Assembly (NCBI GenBank): GCA_033763315.1
Contig: JANRKS010000022.1
Span: 64,001-128,000 of the forward strand
DNA length: 64,000 nt
Direction of reading: 5' to 3'
Source: Deltaproteobacteria bacterium
GTDB lineage: Bacteria > Myxococcota_A > Polyangia > Fen-1088
Below the pieces are notes generated by a model, which ran no database searches, was not told where the DNA came from, and saw only the letters and a program-made list of their open reading frames with translations. Of this stretch, positions 19,861-28,651 are shown in pieces. Positions within the stretch are counted from its first letter, which is position 1. Each line of letters opens with the position of its first letter. Both the position numbers and the translations under genes were made by a program.

Positions 19861-20687
19861 CGAGCGTCACCTGCAGCGTCGAGGCCCGCGTCGGCCGGGT
19901 TTCGAGGGCCATCGCCAACTGTGATCCGAAGGTTGTCGATCGCCCACGATTCATCGTCGTCGAACGCCATAATTTTATCGTTGGTCAAAGCGAACACCAC
20001 AGTGGCCGTGGGTGACGAATGCGGGATGCCTGAGAAGGCCGGCTCCAAAGCCATGTCATAGGCACTGTCCAGCCAGTAGGGTCCCTTGGAAAAGCCAAGA
20101 TCCACCCTTCGCGCCAACTCCACACCCGGAGCGGGCACATAGCTTTGCAGTGCATAGGTGATGTGGCCTGTAGCTGCCTCGATAAAACCTGTGTTAGCAA
20201 ACGATTGTTCAAAGATGGGATTGCCATCAAGAGTCACCAACAAAATATCTCCGCCGCCATCGGGTGACGTGCCATCCAACGAATCGATCGCCGCGAGCAA
20301 GAACTTGATGTCTATGGACGTATGCGGCGCCAAGGGCGACAACGTCACCACCACCTTCTTTTGCAGGGGGCACCACAAGAACGTTGTGGCGAACCTGTTC
20401 GTGGGCGAGCCCAGCGTCGCGAAACCCTGCGTGGGCTTGAGTTTGCAATCGCCGATGTTCACCTGTGGCGGAACCACACCTTCAAGGTCGCTGTAGAACG
20501 ACCGCAATGGTTCGGGCGGCACGGTGCCGTCGACCGACGCGAGCGCTTCGCCATCAACCGCCGCGTCCACAGCGCCATCGATCTGGCTGGCGCCGTCCCG
20601 GGCACCTACGCCTTGCGCCTGTTCGTCGCTGCAACCTGCCACCGACATCGCAAACCCCACCGCCGCAATCCACATAAAACGCCCCAT
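19857..20687 (-). CDS. Hypothetical lipoprotein
   Basis: VAGC lipobox, DGA-rich linker typical of myxobacterial lipoproteins, globular beta-rich domain ending ESWAIDNLRIT. Confidence 0.7.
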   Translation of the reverse strand: MGRFMWIAAVGFAMSVAGCSDEQAQGVGARDGASQIDGAVDAAVDGEALASVDGTVPPEPLRSFYSDLEGVVPPQVNIGDCKLKPTQGFATLGSPTNRFATTFLWCPLQKKVVVTLSPLAPHTSIDIKFLLAAIDSLDGTSPDGGGDILLVTLDGNPIFEQSFANTGFIEAATGHITYALQSYVPAPGVELARRVDLGFSKGPYWLDSAYDMALEPAFSGIPHSSPTATVVFALTNDKIMAFDDDESWAIDNLRITVGDGPRNPADAGLDAAGDAR

Positions 20688-20794
20688 GCCGCCAGCTTAG
20701 AATATGTGGCGGGAATTTTCTGCTCTTTTGCAGCCTCGCCTGGTCTGCTACGCGGGGCCTCAGGCGCCAGCAGCCCAGCGTGCGATTCATGAAG

Positions 20795-22054
20795 TTACGG
20801 CGGCGCCGCGGCCCCCAACCACTTTTGCACCACGCCCACGGTGAGCCCATCACGGTCGGAATGGACGCCATGACCGTCGCCGTTTGGCCGGCCGGCGGGC
20901 ACCAACTGCCAAAAGAAACCGAGTGTGCCTCCGGTGGAAGCAAACAGGCGCTCCAGCCACGCGTCGTAGACCACGGCACGGACGTCGTCGGTGACGACGT
21001 CGCCTTGCCCCGCCAATCCGTATTCACCCAAATAAGCAACCTTATCGTTCGCACGCGCGATGCTGTCGTGGCGCGCAATCCACACCGCCGCGTCACCGCT
21101 CGATGTGAGCCCCCAAGAACGCGGGTAAAAGTGCGAGCTCAACAAATCAAGTGATGGAATGGCGGCCAAGCGGTGAAAGCTGGCGCCCATTCCTCCACTA
21201 ACGGCGTAGGTGTTTGACAGGCCCCGGTAAAGATTGGGCGTGTCGTCAAAGCCTTCGCCGCCATCGGCGATCAAATGGTTTGGAAACATGGTTTTTGCGA
21301 ACCGCGACAGGCGAGCCACGGTATCGGTTAAGGCGCTGGTGCCCACGCATGATTCGCAGCGAAACTCGTTGCCCAACTCCCACGCCATGATCGTGGGTTC
21401 ATCTTTGTAAGCCACGCCCGTGTATACGTTCACGCGCGACGACAGCAGCGCGACGTACTGACGCCACAGGGCTTGAAAGCTGCGGTCGGAGAAAAAATCG
21501 TTCTTCGATTTGCCCACCCACGCCGCCATGGCGGGCAACCCGCCATACTCCGGCCAATTGTTGGTCAATGTTAAAATGAGACGAATGCCGCGCGCCTTCG
21601 CTTCAGCCACAGCGCGATCCAAACCGCGCAGCCCCACTTCGCGAAACTGATCGGGGCCTGTGCGAATGGCAGAGCGATCGCGAGCCTCATTGAACGCCCA
21701 CAGCCGCGCCACGGGCAAACGCAAGCACACCATCGTATCGAGCGCTTGCAGCGCAACGCTTTCCGAATCACGTTCGCCCAGTTCGGCATTCGCAAACAGC
21801 TGCTGCAAGTAATAGGCGTTTGTGCCGCCCACGCGAAAAGGGCGGCCTTGCACCCACAGCGCGGCGCCCTGTTTCTGCACAAAGCCGGCGATGGGGGGCA
21901 GCGGCGCGCATGTGCCGGGAAACGTTTCTACATCAGGCGCGGCGTCCGGCGGAAAATACACACCAGACTCTTCGTCATCGCCGGGTCCGGCGCAGGCGCC
22001 CGCCAAGGCTGCAAAGGCAGCGGCGAAGGCGGCGGCAACGAACAAACGGCGCAC
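20795..22054 (-). CDS. GH5 endo-beta-1,4-mannanase-like lipoprotein
   Basis: GTNAYY, LTNNWPEYGG, WELGNE (acid/base), HFYP, GEYG (nucleophile), FWQ. Confidence 0.85.
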   Translation of the reverse strand: MRRLFVAAAFAAAFAALAGACAGPGDDEESGVYFPPDAAPDVETFPGTCAPLPPIAGFVQKQGAALWVQGRPFRVGGTNAYYLQQLFANAELGERDSESVALQALDTMVCLRLPVARLWAFNEARDRSAIRTGPDQFREVGLRGLDRAVAEAKARGIRLILTLTNNWPEYGGLPAMAAWVGKSKNDFFSDRSFQALWRQYVALLSSRVNVYTGVAYKDEPTIMAWELGNEFRCESCVGTSALTDTVARLSRFAKTMFPNHLIADGGEGFDDTPNLYRGLSNTYAVSGGMGASFHRLAAIPSLDLLSSHFYPRSWGLTSSGDAAVWIARHDSIARANDKVAYLGEYGLAGQGDVVTDDVRAVVYDAWLERLFASTGGTLGFFWQLVPAGRPNGDGHGVHSDRDGLTVGVVQKWLGAAAPP

Positions 22055-22093
22055 GGGTTGATTATGACCCGAAACGCAAACCGGCGCGCGCCG

Positions 22094-22279
22094 CTAGTTC
22101 ATCGCGTTGACACGCATCACGCCATCGTCGGACGAATCCGCGCTGGTGGAGCAGTTGCGGATCGAAAATTGATCGGCGCCGAACTTCTCAAGGCCCCATT
22201 CCAGGGCGTCTTCAAGCTCCTCAAACACAGCGGAGGGCTCGTTGGCTCCATCGGGAAAAATTCCGTAACGGCAGGTCAT
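22094..22279 (-). CDS. Small acidic hypothetical protein (61 aa)
   Basis: Fills the intergenic gap; protein-like sequence YGIFPDG..PSAVFEELEDALEWGLEKFG. Confidence 0.55.
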   Translation of the reverse strand: MTCRYGIFPDGANEPSAVFEELEDALEWGLEKFGADQFSIRNCSTSADSSDDGVMRVNAMN

Positions 22280-22455
22280 GTTAAGCGCTCACTTGTTGGT
22301 GACGGCGTCACGCTGGCCGTTTCCCCAAACCGGATCAACCGCACCTTCGGACGTGTATCCAACTCATAGCGAAGTTTTGCAGACACCGCTGCGAAAAATT
22401 GTGTGGCAAATGCAAACGAACACATGACGCAGGTTTGCTTGGTATGAAATGACTT

Positions 22456-22992
22456 ATGTCGAAATGGGAAGATAAGGTGCTGGCGGAAACAAAGTTTCTT
22501 CGCTTGGTGCAGCGCGATGGTTGGAGCTTTGTGCAGCGGCCCAACGCCACGGGCGTGGTGTCGATCGTTGCGCTGACGGACGAAGGCGAAATCGTGTTCG
22601 TCGAACAGTTTCGCAAGCCACTTGATGCTTACACAATCGAATTGCCCGCGGGATTGGCGGGAGATGAGCCTGGCCATGAAGAAGAAGCCTTGGCGCATTC
22701 AGCCGCGCGCGAGTTGGAAGAAGAAACCGGATTTGTCGCAGAGCGCGTCACGCACTTGATCGACTGCCCCACGTCGGCGGGCATGACCGACGAAGTGGTG
22801 TCGTTTTTCTTGGCCACGGGCCTGCGTCGCGTGGGACCGGGCGGCGGCGTCGAAAACGAAAACATCACCGTACACATCGTGCCGCTCAAAGACGCACACG
22901 CTTTTTTGCTCAATTGTGCCGCCACGGGCAAATCGGTGGCGGCCAAGGCTTTTGCCGGGTTGCACTTCGCGCACGTGGCAACGCGCGCGTAA
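22456..22992 (+). CDS. NUDIX hydrolase, ADP-ribose pyrophosphatase-like
   Basis: EQFRKP, ELPAGL, Nudix box AARELEEETGF. Confidence 0.9.
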   Translation: MSKWEDKVLAETKFLRLVQRDGWSFVQRPNATGVVSIVALTDEGEIVFVEQFRKPLDAYTIELPAGLAGDEPGHEEEALAHSAARELEEETGFVAERVTHLIDCPTSAGMTDEVVSFFLATGLRRVGPGGGVENENITVHIVPLKDAHAFLLNCAATGKSVAAKAFAGLHFAHVATRA

Positions 22993-23001
22993 CGTGCAAC
23001 A

Positions 23002-24042
23002 TTATTTTAATTCCGGAATGCCCTTAAGCGCGGCGGCCACGCTGTCGCTTGCGCGTTCCCACGCCTGCACCAAAGTGTCGTAGAACACGTCCTCGTCGCT
23101 GTTGTCGATCGCTTTGTGTTCCTCAATCCACTTGATTGTGCGCTTCATGCCTTCAAGGAATGGGATCGTGTAACGAAAGCCGAGATCTTCGCGCGCCCGG
23201 CTATTGTCGAAGATGTTGTGCAGATAAAAGTTGGTTTGGCACCAACCCGCGCGCTGCGGTGAGACGCGCATCAGCACGTCCGACGGTATGTAGATCTTGC
23301 GCGGCGGCGGCAGGCCAGCCGCAAGGGAGATCTTGTCGGTGTACGCGTTCCAGGTCATCCATTCTTCGCCCGCGGTGTGGTAAGACTGGCCGAACGTTTT
23401 CGCATTGCCAATTGCGTTGACGAAGGCACGCGCCACATCGTCGACGTGGCATGAAACCCACAGCGATGATCCATCGCCGTGCACAATCACAGGTTTGCCC
23501 TTTTTGATGCGATCAAGGTACGTGCGGTTGCCCAACAGGCTGTTGATGATGCCGCCACCCTCGCCATAGGTGTGAGCCGGCCGAATCACAGTCAATGCAA
23601 AGTCGCCGCGTTCGTGAGCCTCGCGCAAGATTCGTTCGCACTGCACTTTGGCCTTGCCGTAGTCGTTGAGTCCGGCGTGAGGCTCCGCCTCGGTGATCGG
23701 ATATTGACTGGCCGGCTTTTGGTAAACGTCGACGGTGCTGCAGAAGATCACTTGCTTGGCGCGTCCCCGGCACGCGTCGACCAAAGACGCGGCTTCCTCG
23801 GGCAGAAAGCCGATCATATCGATCACCACATCAAACGCCGGCCCCTCACGCAGCTTGGCAACGAAGTCCGCCGCATTCTTGCGGTCGCCTGTGATCAGCC
23901 GCGGCTCACCCGGCAACGGTAACTTTGGGCCGCTTTTCCCGCGGTTGAAGTGCCACAGCTCGACGTCAGGCCGGCTCGCGAGCAACTGCGTTGAAATGGC
24001 GGTGCTGATGAGGCCGGTGCCTCCCACGATTAAGACGCGCAT
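23002..24042 (-). CDS. NAD-dependent epimerase/dehydratase (extended SDR)
   Basis: GGTGLIS Rossmann motif, STVDVY, YGKAK (YxxxK), IRPAHTYG; ATG 24042. Confidence 0.9.
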   Translation of the reverse strand: MRVLIVGGTGLISTAISTQLLASRPDVELWHFNRGKSGPKLPLPGEPRLITGDRKNAADFVAKLREGPAFDVVIDMIGFLPEEAASLVDACRGRAKQVIFCSTVDVYQKPASQYPITEAEPHAGLNDYGKAKVQCERILREAHERGDFALTVIRPAHTYGEGGGIINSLLGNRTYLDRIKKGKPVIVHGDGSSLWVSCHVDDVARAFVNAIGNAKTFGQSYHTAGEEWMTWNAYTDKISLAAGLPPPRKIYIPSDVLMRVSPQRAGWCQTNFYLHNIFDNSRAREDLGFRYTIPFLEGMKRTIKWIEEHKAIDNSDEDVFYDTLVQAWERASDSVAAALKGIPELK

Positions 24043-24141
24043 GTTTGATTCCTGGGGTCTGCAACGATCGTATAGGGCGACCAATGGCGACGCCCTTTCT
24101 GAGCGATACGATTTGTGAGATATTGTGATCTATTGAAAGCC

Positions 24142-25542
24142 ATGTACACGGAAAAAGCATTGCCCGGGCCCGCGTGGAACTTGAATCAAGGCGCCTTGCG
24201 CGTTCATGAGAACCGCCGCCAACTTGTGCATACCAACGGGCAGCCGTTCTTCTGGCTTGCCGACACGGCGTGGGAATTGTTCCACCGCACGACGCGCGAA
24301 GAGGCGGCTTTGTATCTGGATAAGCGACGCGGCCAAGGCTTCACAGTGGTGCAAGCTGTGGCGTTGGCCGAGCTAGATGGTTTGCGTGCGCCCAATAGCT
24401 ATGGCCACACGCCGCTTTTAGATATGGACCCCGCGCGGCCCGACATCAGCGGTGATCGCAATTATTGGACCCACGTGGATGACGTGTTCGACATCGCCGA
24501 AGCGCACGGCATCACCATCGCGTTTTTACCCACGTGGGGCGATAAGGTGGGGCCCAAAGAGTGGGGCATTGGCCCCGAGGTGTTCACGTGCGAGAACGCC
24601 TTTGCCTATGGACGCTTTCTTGGCGCCCGTTATGGCAGGCGTAAGAACCTGGTGTGGGTGATCGGTGGCGATCGCTTTTTGGTTTATCAAGGCCGCGATC
24701 ATCGTCCGGTGTGGCGCGCGTTGGTGGCTGGAATCAAGGAGGGCGAAGGAGACGCGCACAACCTAATGACGTTTCACCCCGTGGGGGGCCAATCGTCGTC
24801 GTTGTGGCTGCATGATGAGCCGTGGCTCGACTTCAACATGATGCAGTCGGGACACGCCAAGCGGGGCGACAGCAATCACGACATGATCAGAGCCGATCTG
24901 GCGCGCCCACCCTATAAGCCAGTGGTGGATGGAGAGCCTCGTTATGAAGACCACCCCGTGGACTTCAAAGACGACAACGGTTGGTTCACCGACGCGGACG
25001 TGCGGCAGGCGGCGTATTCGGCTTTGTTCGCGGGCGCCTGCGGGCACACGTATGGTTGCCATCCGGTGTGGCAAATGCTGGATGGGGATCGAACGCCGAT
25101 CACGCGGGCGCGTCGGTCATGGAAGGAAGCCATCGACCTGCCGGGCGCGTGGGATATGCAACACGTTCGCACGCTTGTGCTCTCGCGGCCGGTTTTAGGG
25201 CGCATGGCCGATCCGTCGTTGGTTGCCGATGGCCAGGGCGAAGGCATCGATCGCGTTGAAGCGTGCCGAGACAGCGAGGGCAAATACGCGCTGATCTACG
25301 TGCCCACCGGACGTCCTGTGACGGTGAATCTGGCACGCCTGCGCGTATCAGAACAAGCCGACGGCGTGCAGGCCCACTGGTTCGATCCACGCACCGGACA
25401 GTGGCTCGCGGGCCCAAAGCGATCGGCAACCCGACTCACCGTGAAACAAACGTTCTTTCCGCCTGCGGTGGCGGCCGGCCCTGGCAACGATTTCGTGCTG
25501 GTGCTCGACCGCCTCGACGAGACCCCAAAGGGCAACCTCTAA
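24142..25542 (+). CDS. DUF4038 / GH140-like glycoside hydrolase with C-terminal beta domain
   Basis: PFFWLADTAWELFH, GFTVVQAV, WVIGGD, MTFHP, QSGH, GEPRYEDHP, GHTYG, WFDPRTG. Confidence 0.85.
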   Translation: MYTEKALPGPAWNLNQGALRVHENRRQLVHTNGQPFFWLADTAWELFHRTTREEAALYLDKRRGQGFTVVQAVALAELDGLRAPNSYGHTPLLDMDPARPDISGDRNYWTHVDDVFDIAEAHGITIAFLPTWGDKVGPKEWGIGPEVFTCENAFAYGRFLGARYGRRKNLVWVIGGDRFLVYQGRDHRPVWRALVAGIKEGEGDAHNLMTFHPVGGQSSSLWLHDEPWLDFNMMQSGHAKRGDSNHDMIRADLARPPYKPVVDGEPRYEDHPVDFKDDNGWFTDADVRQAAYSALFAGACGHTYGCHPVWQMLDGDRTPITRARRSWKEAIDLPGAWDMQHVRTLVLSRPVLGRMADPSLVADGQGEGIDRVEACRDSEGKYALIYVPTGRPVTVNLARLRVSEQADGVQAHWFDPRTGQWLAGPKRSATRLTVKQTFFPPAVAAGPGNDFVLVLDRLDETPKGNL

Positions 25543-25548
25543 CAGGCC

Positions 25549-26751
25549 CTACTGGTACAGGAACACAACCTCGACGCGGTTGTTGCGCGCGCGGCCCGAC
25601 ACGCTCTTATTGTCCGACACCGGCTCGGCGCCGCCTTGGCCACTGGCCACAAGGCGCGTTGGCGCCACACCGCGCGACACCAAGGCCGTATATACAGATT
25701 GTGCCCGCGCGTGCGAGCGGGCAAGCAACGCGTCTGCGCCACCGCGATCGTCGGTGTGACCCACAACCTGCACGGGGAATGTGTTGTATTTGCTGATGAG
25801 CGCGCCAATGCGGGTCAGCACCGCCTCACTCCCGGGAACGATGGTGGTGCCACGCGCCTTGAACAACAGCGACGCGGGAATGTGCAGCACCAACCGCTGC
25901 AGCTGCCCACGCGCTTCGCGCCGCACCTCGATCGATTGAATCTGCGCGGCTTCGCCTGCCAACGATTCAGCCTGCGCCCGACGATCGTTGGCGGCCATCT
26001 CCTGCTCAAAAGCAGGCTTGGCGGCGGCAACCGCCGCGGCGGCACGTTGCCGGGCCATATCGGCACTCACACGCGCCGCATCCAATTGTGATTGCTGCAG
26101 CTCTTGTTGAGCGCGCGCCAGCATATCCACCGCGGATTGATAGGGCGCGGGCGCCAAGCGTTTGGCGTCAACGGTATCGGCTTCCTTGAGCGCCAGCTCG
26201 GCTGCCTGAAGTTTCTCCGTGGCTTCCGCACGCTGCTTCTCTTGCACAAGTTTTTGCGACAGATTCTTCTGCTCTGCCGAAGCCGTCTCGCGCTCTTTTT
26301 GCAGCTCGCCCATCAGCTTCTGACGCTCTTGCGCTTGCTTTTGCAGCTGCTCAAGCAAAGCGACTTGCTCGTTGAGTGCCTTATATTCAGCAGCCAGACG
26401 CGATTCCTCGTCCTGCACTTTTCGCTGCGCCCGTTGCGCGCGTTTAATGCGCTCGTTCGCTTCGGATTGTTGATGCAGGGCCAAGGCGTGTTTGATTTTG
26501 GCTTGGCCAAACAAAGACGCGTGCCGGGCTTGGTCTAATTCGTTGTCTTCCCAATAGTTGCGGGCTTGCGTCAAGAAGCGATCCGCGCGCTTCATCACAT
26601 TCGGCGCCACAACCTCGGCTTGTTTGGCCTGGGGATCGGAGCGCAAATGCTCGAACGCCACCAGTTCAGGGGGCTTGGGCGGCGTGGCACAACCGATCGG
26701 CGCCAACAGCAGGGGCCCGACAACAAGCAACAACAGCAGCCGGCCGTTCAT
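25549..26751 (-). CDS. Lipoprotein with DUF4398-like helices and OmpA C-terminal peptidoglycan-binding domain
   Basis: IGC lipobox, coiled coil, VVGHTDDRG and RARNNRVEV. Confidence 0.9.
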   Translation of the reverse strand: MNGRLLLLLVVGPLLLAPIGCATPPKPPELVAFEHLRSDPQAKQAEVVAPNVMKRADRFLTQARNYWEDNELDQARHASLFGQAKIKHALALHQQSEANERIKRAQRAQRKVQDEESRLAAEYKALNEQVALLEQLQKQAQERQKLMGELQKERETASAEQKNLSQKLVQEKQRAEATEKLQAAELALKEADTVDAKRLAPAPYQSAVDMLARAQQELQQSQLDAARVSADMARQRAAAAVAAAKPAFEQEMAANDRRAQAESLAGEAAQIQSIEVRREARGQLQRLVLHIPASLLFKARGTTIVPGSEAVLTRIGALISKYNTFPVQVVGHTDDRGGADALLARSHARAQSVYTALVSRGVAPTRLVASGQGGAEPVSDNKSVSGRARNNRVEVVFLYQ

Positions 26752-27194
26752 TTGGACATGACCTCAAGCTGGGCTTTTTTCTGCCTCGCCGCCGCAATGG
26801 CTTGCTTCAGCTCTTCCACATGCTTGCGAGACGCTTCAAGCAGCGCCTCTTCTTTTTGAGCGGCAGCGGTGAGCTGACCCGCGGTGATCTGTTCGCGAAT
26901 CATGTCGGCTTGGGCGTCGCAGCGGTCAAGCACCTGGCGAACGGTGTCGTATTGCTTCTCCGACCGCAGCCGCCACGCTTCGTCAAGCCAGGTGGACAAA
27001 ACAGCAATCTCTTCGGCTGCCACACGCTGCTCGTCAATGCGTTGCAGGTCGGAGACGTTGCGGCGGGCTCGATCGATCATCGCCTGCAGATCATCTGCCT
27101 CACCACCCCACGCGAAAGGAGCCAGGGCCACGAGCAGGAGGCAAAAGCCACCCAGCCCCGTCCATGCCTTACGGATATTGTTAAGCTTCTTCAT
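26748..27194 (-). CDS. Exported helical protein (DUF4398-like) coupled to the OmpA gene
   Basis: ATG 27194 gives a signal peptide ending AWG; stop overlaps the next start (ATGA). Confidence 0.7.
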   Translation of the reverse strand: MKKLNNIRKAWTGLGGFCLLLVALAPFAWGGEADDLQAMIDRARRNVSDLQRIDEQRVAAEEIAVLSTWLDEAWRLRSEKQYDTVRQVLDRCDAQADMIREQITAGQLTAAAQKEEALLEASRKHVEELKQAIAAARQKKAQLEVMSK

Positions 27195-27330
27195 GGTAGA
27201 CCTGCCCAGGAACCTAGAAGCATTGTGGTTCGACTGCAAGCGGCAATCCGACGCGGATCGGGGAAAGCGAGGGGTGAGCGGCCCCCCTAAACCCTTGGAT
27301 TGTAAGCCTGGGCGGCGGTGAGATCCGCCC

Positions 27331-27361
27331 TTGACGTGGCCACGCGCCCGGTGCATACCTT
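27331..27361 (+). promoter_or_regulatory. Putative sigma70-type promoter of tRNA-His
   Basis: TTGACG followed by CATACCTT at 17-19 nt spacing. Confidence 0.4.
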
Positions 27362-27406
27362 TGTCCCCCGACGTGGAGTGTGTGGGATGGAGTGTGGTCG
27401 GACTGT

Positions 27407-27482
27407 GGTGAGCGTAGTTCAATGGTAGAACATCGGATTGTGATTCCGAGGGTTGCGGGTTCGATCCCCGTCGTTCACCCCA
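27407..27482 (+). tRNA. tRNA-His (GTG)
   Basis: Encoded G-1, acceptor GTGAGCG/CGTTCAC, C73, D arm GTTC-AATGGTA-GAAC, anticodon arm TCGGA-TTGTGAT-TCCGA, GGTTCGATCC T arm, encoded CCA. Confidence 0.97.
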
Positions 27483-27483
27483 C

Positions 27484-27517
27484 AAAGCCCTGGCGAGCCT
27501 AACGCTGGGGCTTTTTT
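27484..27517 (+). terminator. Rho-independent terminator after tRNA-His
   Basis: AAAGCCCTGGCG-agcctaa-CGCTGGGGC followed by T6. Confidence 0.85.
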
Positions 27518-27615
27518 GCGATCGGGGCGCCCGCGGCTTGTGCCACGACCCTGGCTGAGCCGAAGCGTCGACGCTCAGGATTTGACGCGGTTCCTCCGAG
27601 AACTGAGGATGCCCC

Positions 27616-28635
27616 TTGAGCCACATGATGCGAACCAGTGCTTTGGCGCCCCCTGCCCTCTTCGTTGCTGTATGCCTCGCCACCTTCTTTGGCGCGGCCC
27701 CCGTTGCGCTTGCGAACCCGGACGCGGGCAGCGTGTCCATCGCCAGCGTGGTCTTCGAAGGCAATCTTCCAGCCGAGGCACAGAAGATCTTTCTTGAACG
27801 AATGGCCGAAGGCCTGGCCAAAGCTGACGTGGCTTTGTTGGGCGGCCCGCGCACCGCACGCCCCACCCCCTGCACCGACAACGAGTGTTACCGCCGCTTG
27901 GCCGCGCGGGTTGGCTCTTCGTATTTGGTGGTTGCTCGGATCAACGAAAGCCAGAAGAATTACGAGATCGATCTGGAGCTGATCACCGGCGCGACGGGTC
28001 GCAGTTCGGGATACCACCGCCAGCGCTGCCAGATCTGTGGCTTGTCAGAAGCGGGCGAACGCATGTCGTTGGCGGCCTCCGCGCTCACAGAAAAGCTCAA
28101 AAGCCTGCTGCGCGAGCCGGGACACGTCGTGATCCGCGCGCGTCCGGCCACGGCGCGGGTGATTGTGAATGGGCAGCTCAAGGGTCAATCTCCGCAAGAA
28201 GTCACGCTGCCGGCGGGACGACACAAAGTGGTGCTTGAAGCGCCGGGGCACCGGCCCATGGAGCGTGAAATCGAAGTGGTGCCCGCCGTGGATCAAGAGC
28301 TGCTGATCGACATGATGAAGATTCCGAGCGAATTCCCCTATAAAACGGCGGGATGGTCGGCGCTTGCGACTGGCGTGGCCCTGATCGCTGCGGGCGTCGT
28401 CACCTATACGTATTATCAAGGTCGTCGAATCACGTGCTCGGACACGGAGAAGGACCCTTACGGCAACTGCAAGAAGATCCTCAGCGCTGATTGGCCGGCC
28501 GCCAGCATGATGGCCGCGGGTGCCTCGCTGGCCACGTTCGGTGGTGTGTGGCTTTACCTTGGGGCCCAGCAGGACACGAGCGGCAGCAACAACAGCAGCA
28601 CCGCCCTGAACGTTGGGTACAGCGGCCGCTTCTAG
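27616..28635 (+). CDS. PEGA-domain exported/membrane protein
   Basis: Signal peptide, Cys pairs, PEGA pattern 'IRARPATARVIVNGQLKGQSP...LPAGRHKVVLEAPGH', C-terminal hydrophobic segments, ends YSGRF; ATG 27625 alternative. Confidence 0.8.
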   Translation: MSHMMRTSALAPPALFVAVCLATFFGAAPVALANPDAGSVSIASVVFEGNLPAEAQKIFLERMAEGLAKADVALLGGPRTARPTPCTDNECYRRLAARVGSSYLVVARINESQKNYEIDLELITGATGRSSGYHRQRCQICGLSEAGERMSLAASALTEKLKSLLREPGHVVIRARPATARVIVNGQLKGQSPQEVTLPAGRHKVVLEAPGHRPMEREIEVVPAVDQELLIDMMKIPSEFPYKTAGWSALATGVALIAAGVVTYTYYQGRRITCSDTEKDPYGNCKKILSADWPAASMMAAGASLATFGGVWLYLGAQQDTSGSNNSSTALNVGYSGRF

Positions 28636-28651
28636 CGCGCTGCCAGGCGCC

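Noticed and set aside
27407-27520. tRNA-His as island attachment site
   Set aside because: No integrase, native terminator follows, and no tRNA 3' duplicate noticed in the window.
27195-27881. N-terminal extension of ORF 26748-27881
   Set aside because: Overlaps tRNA-His, its terminator and the PEGA gene; ATG 27194 gives a proper signal peptide.
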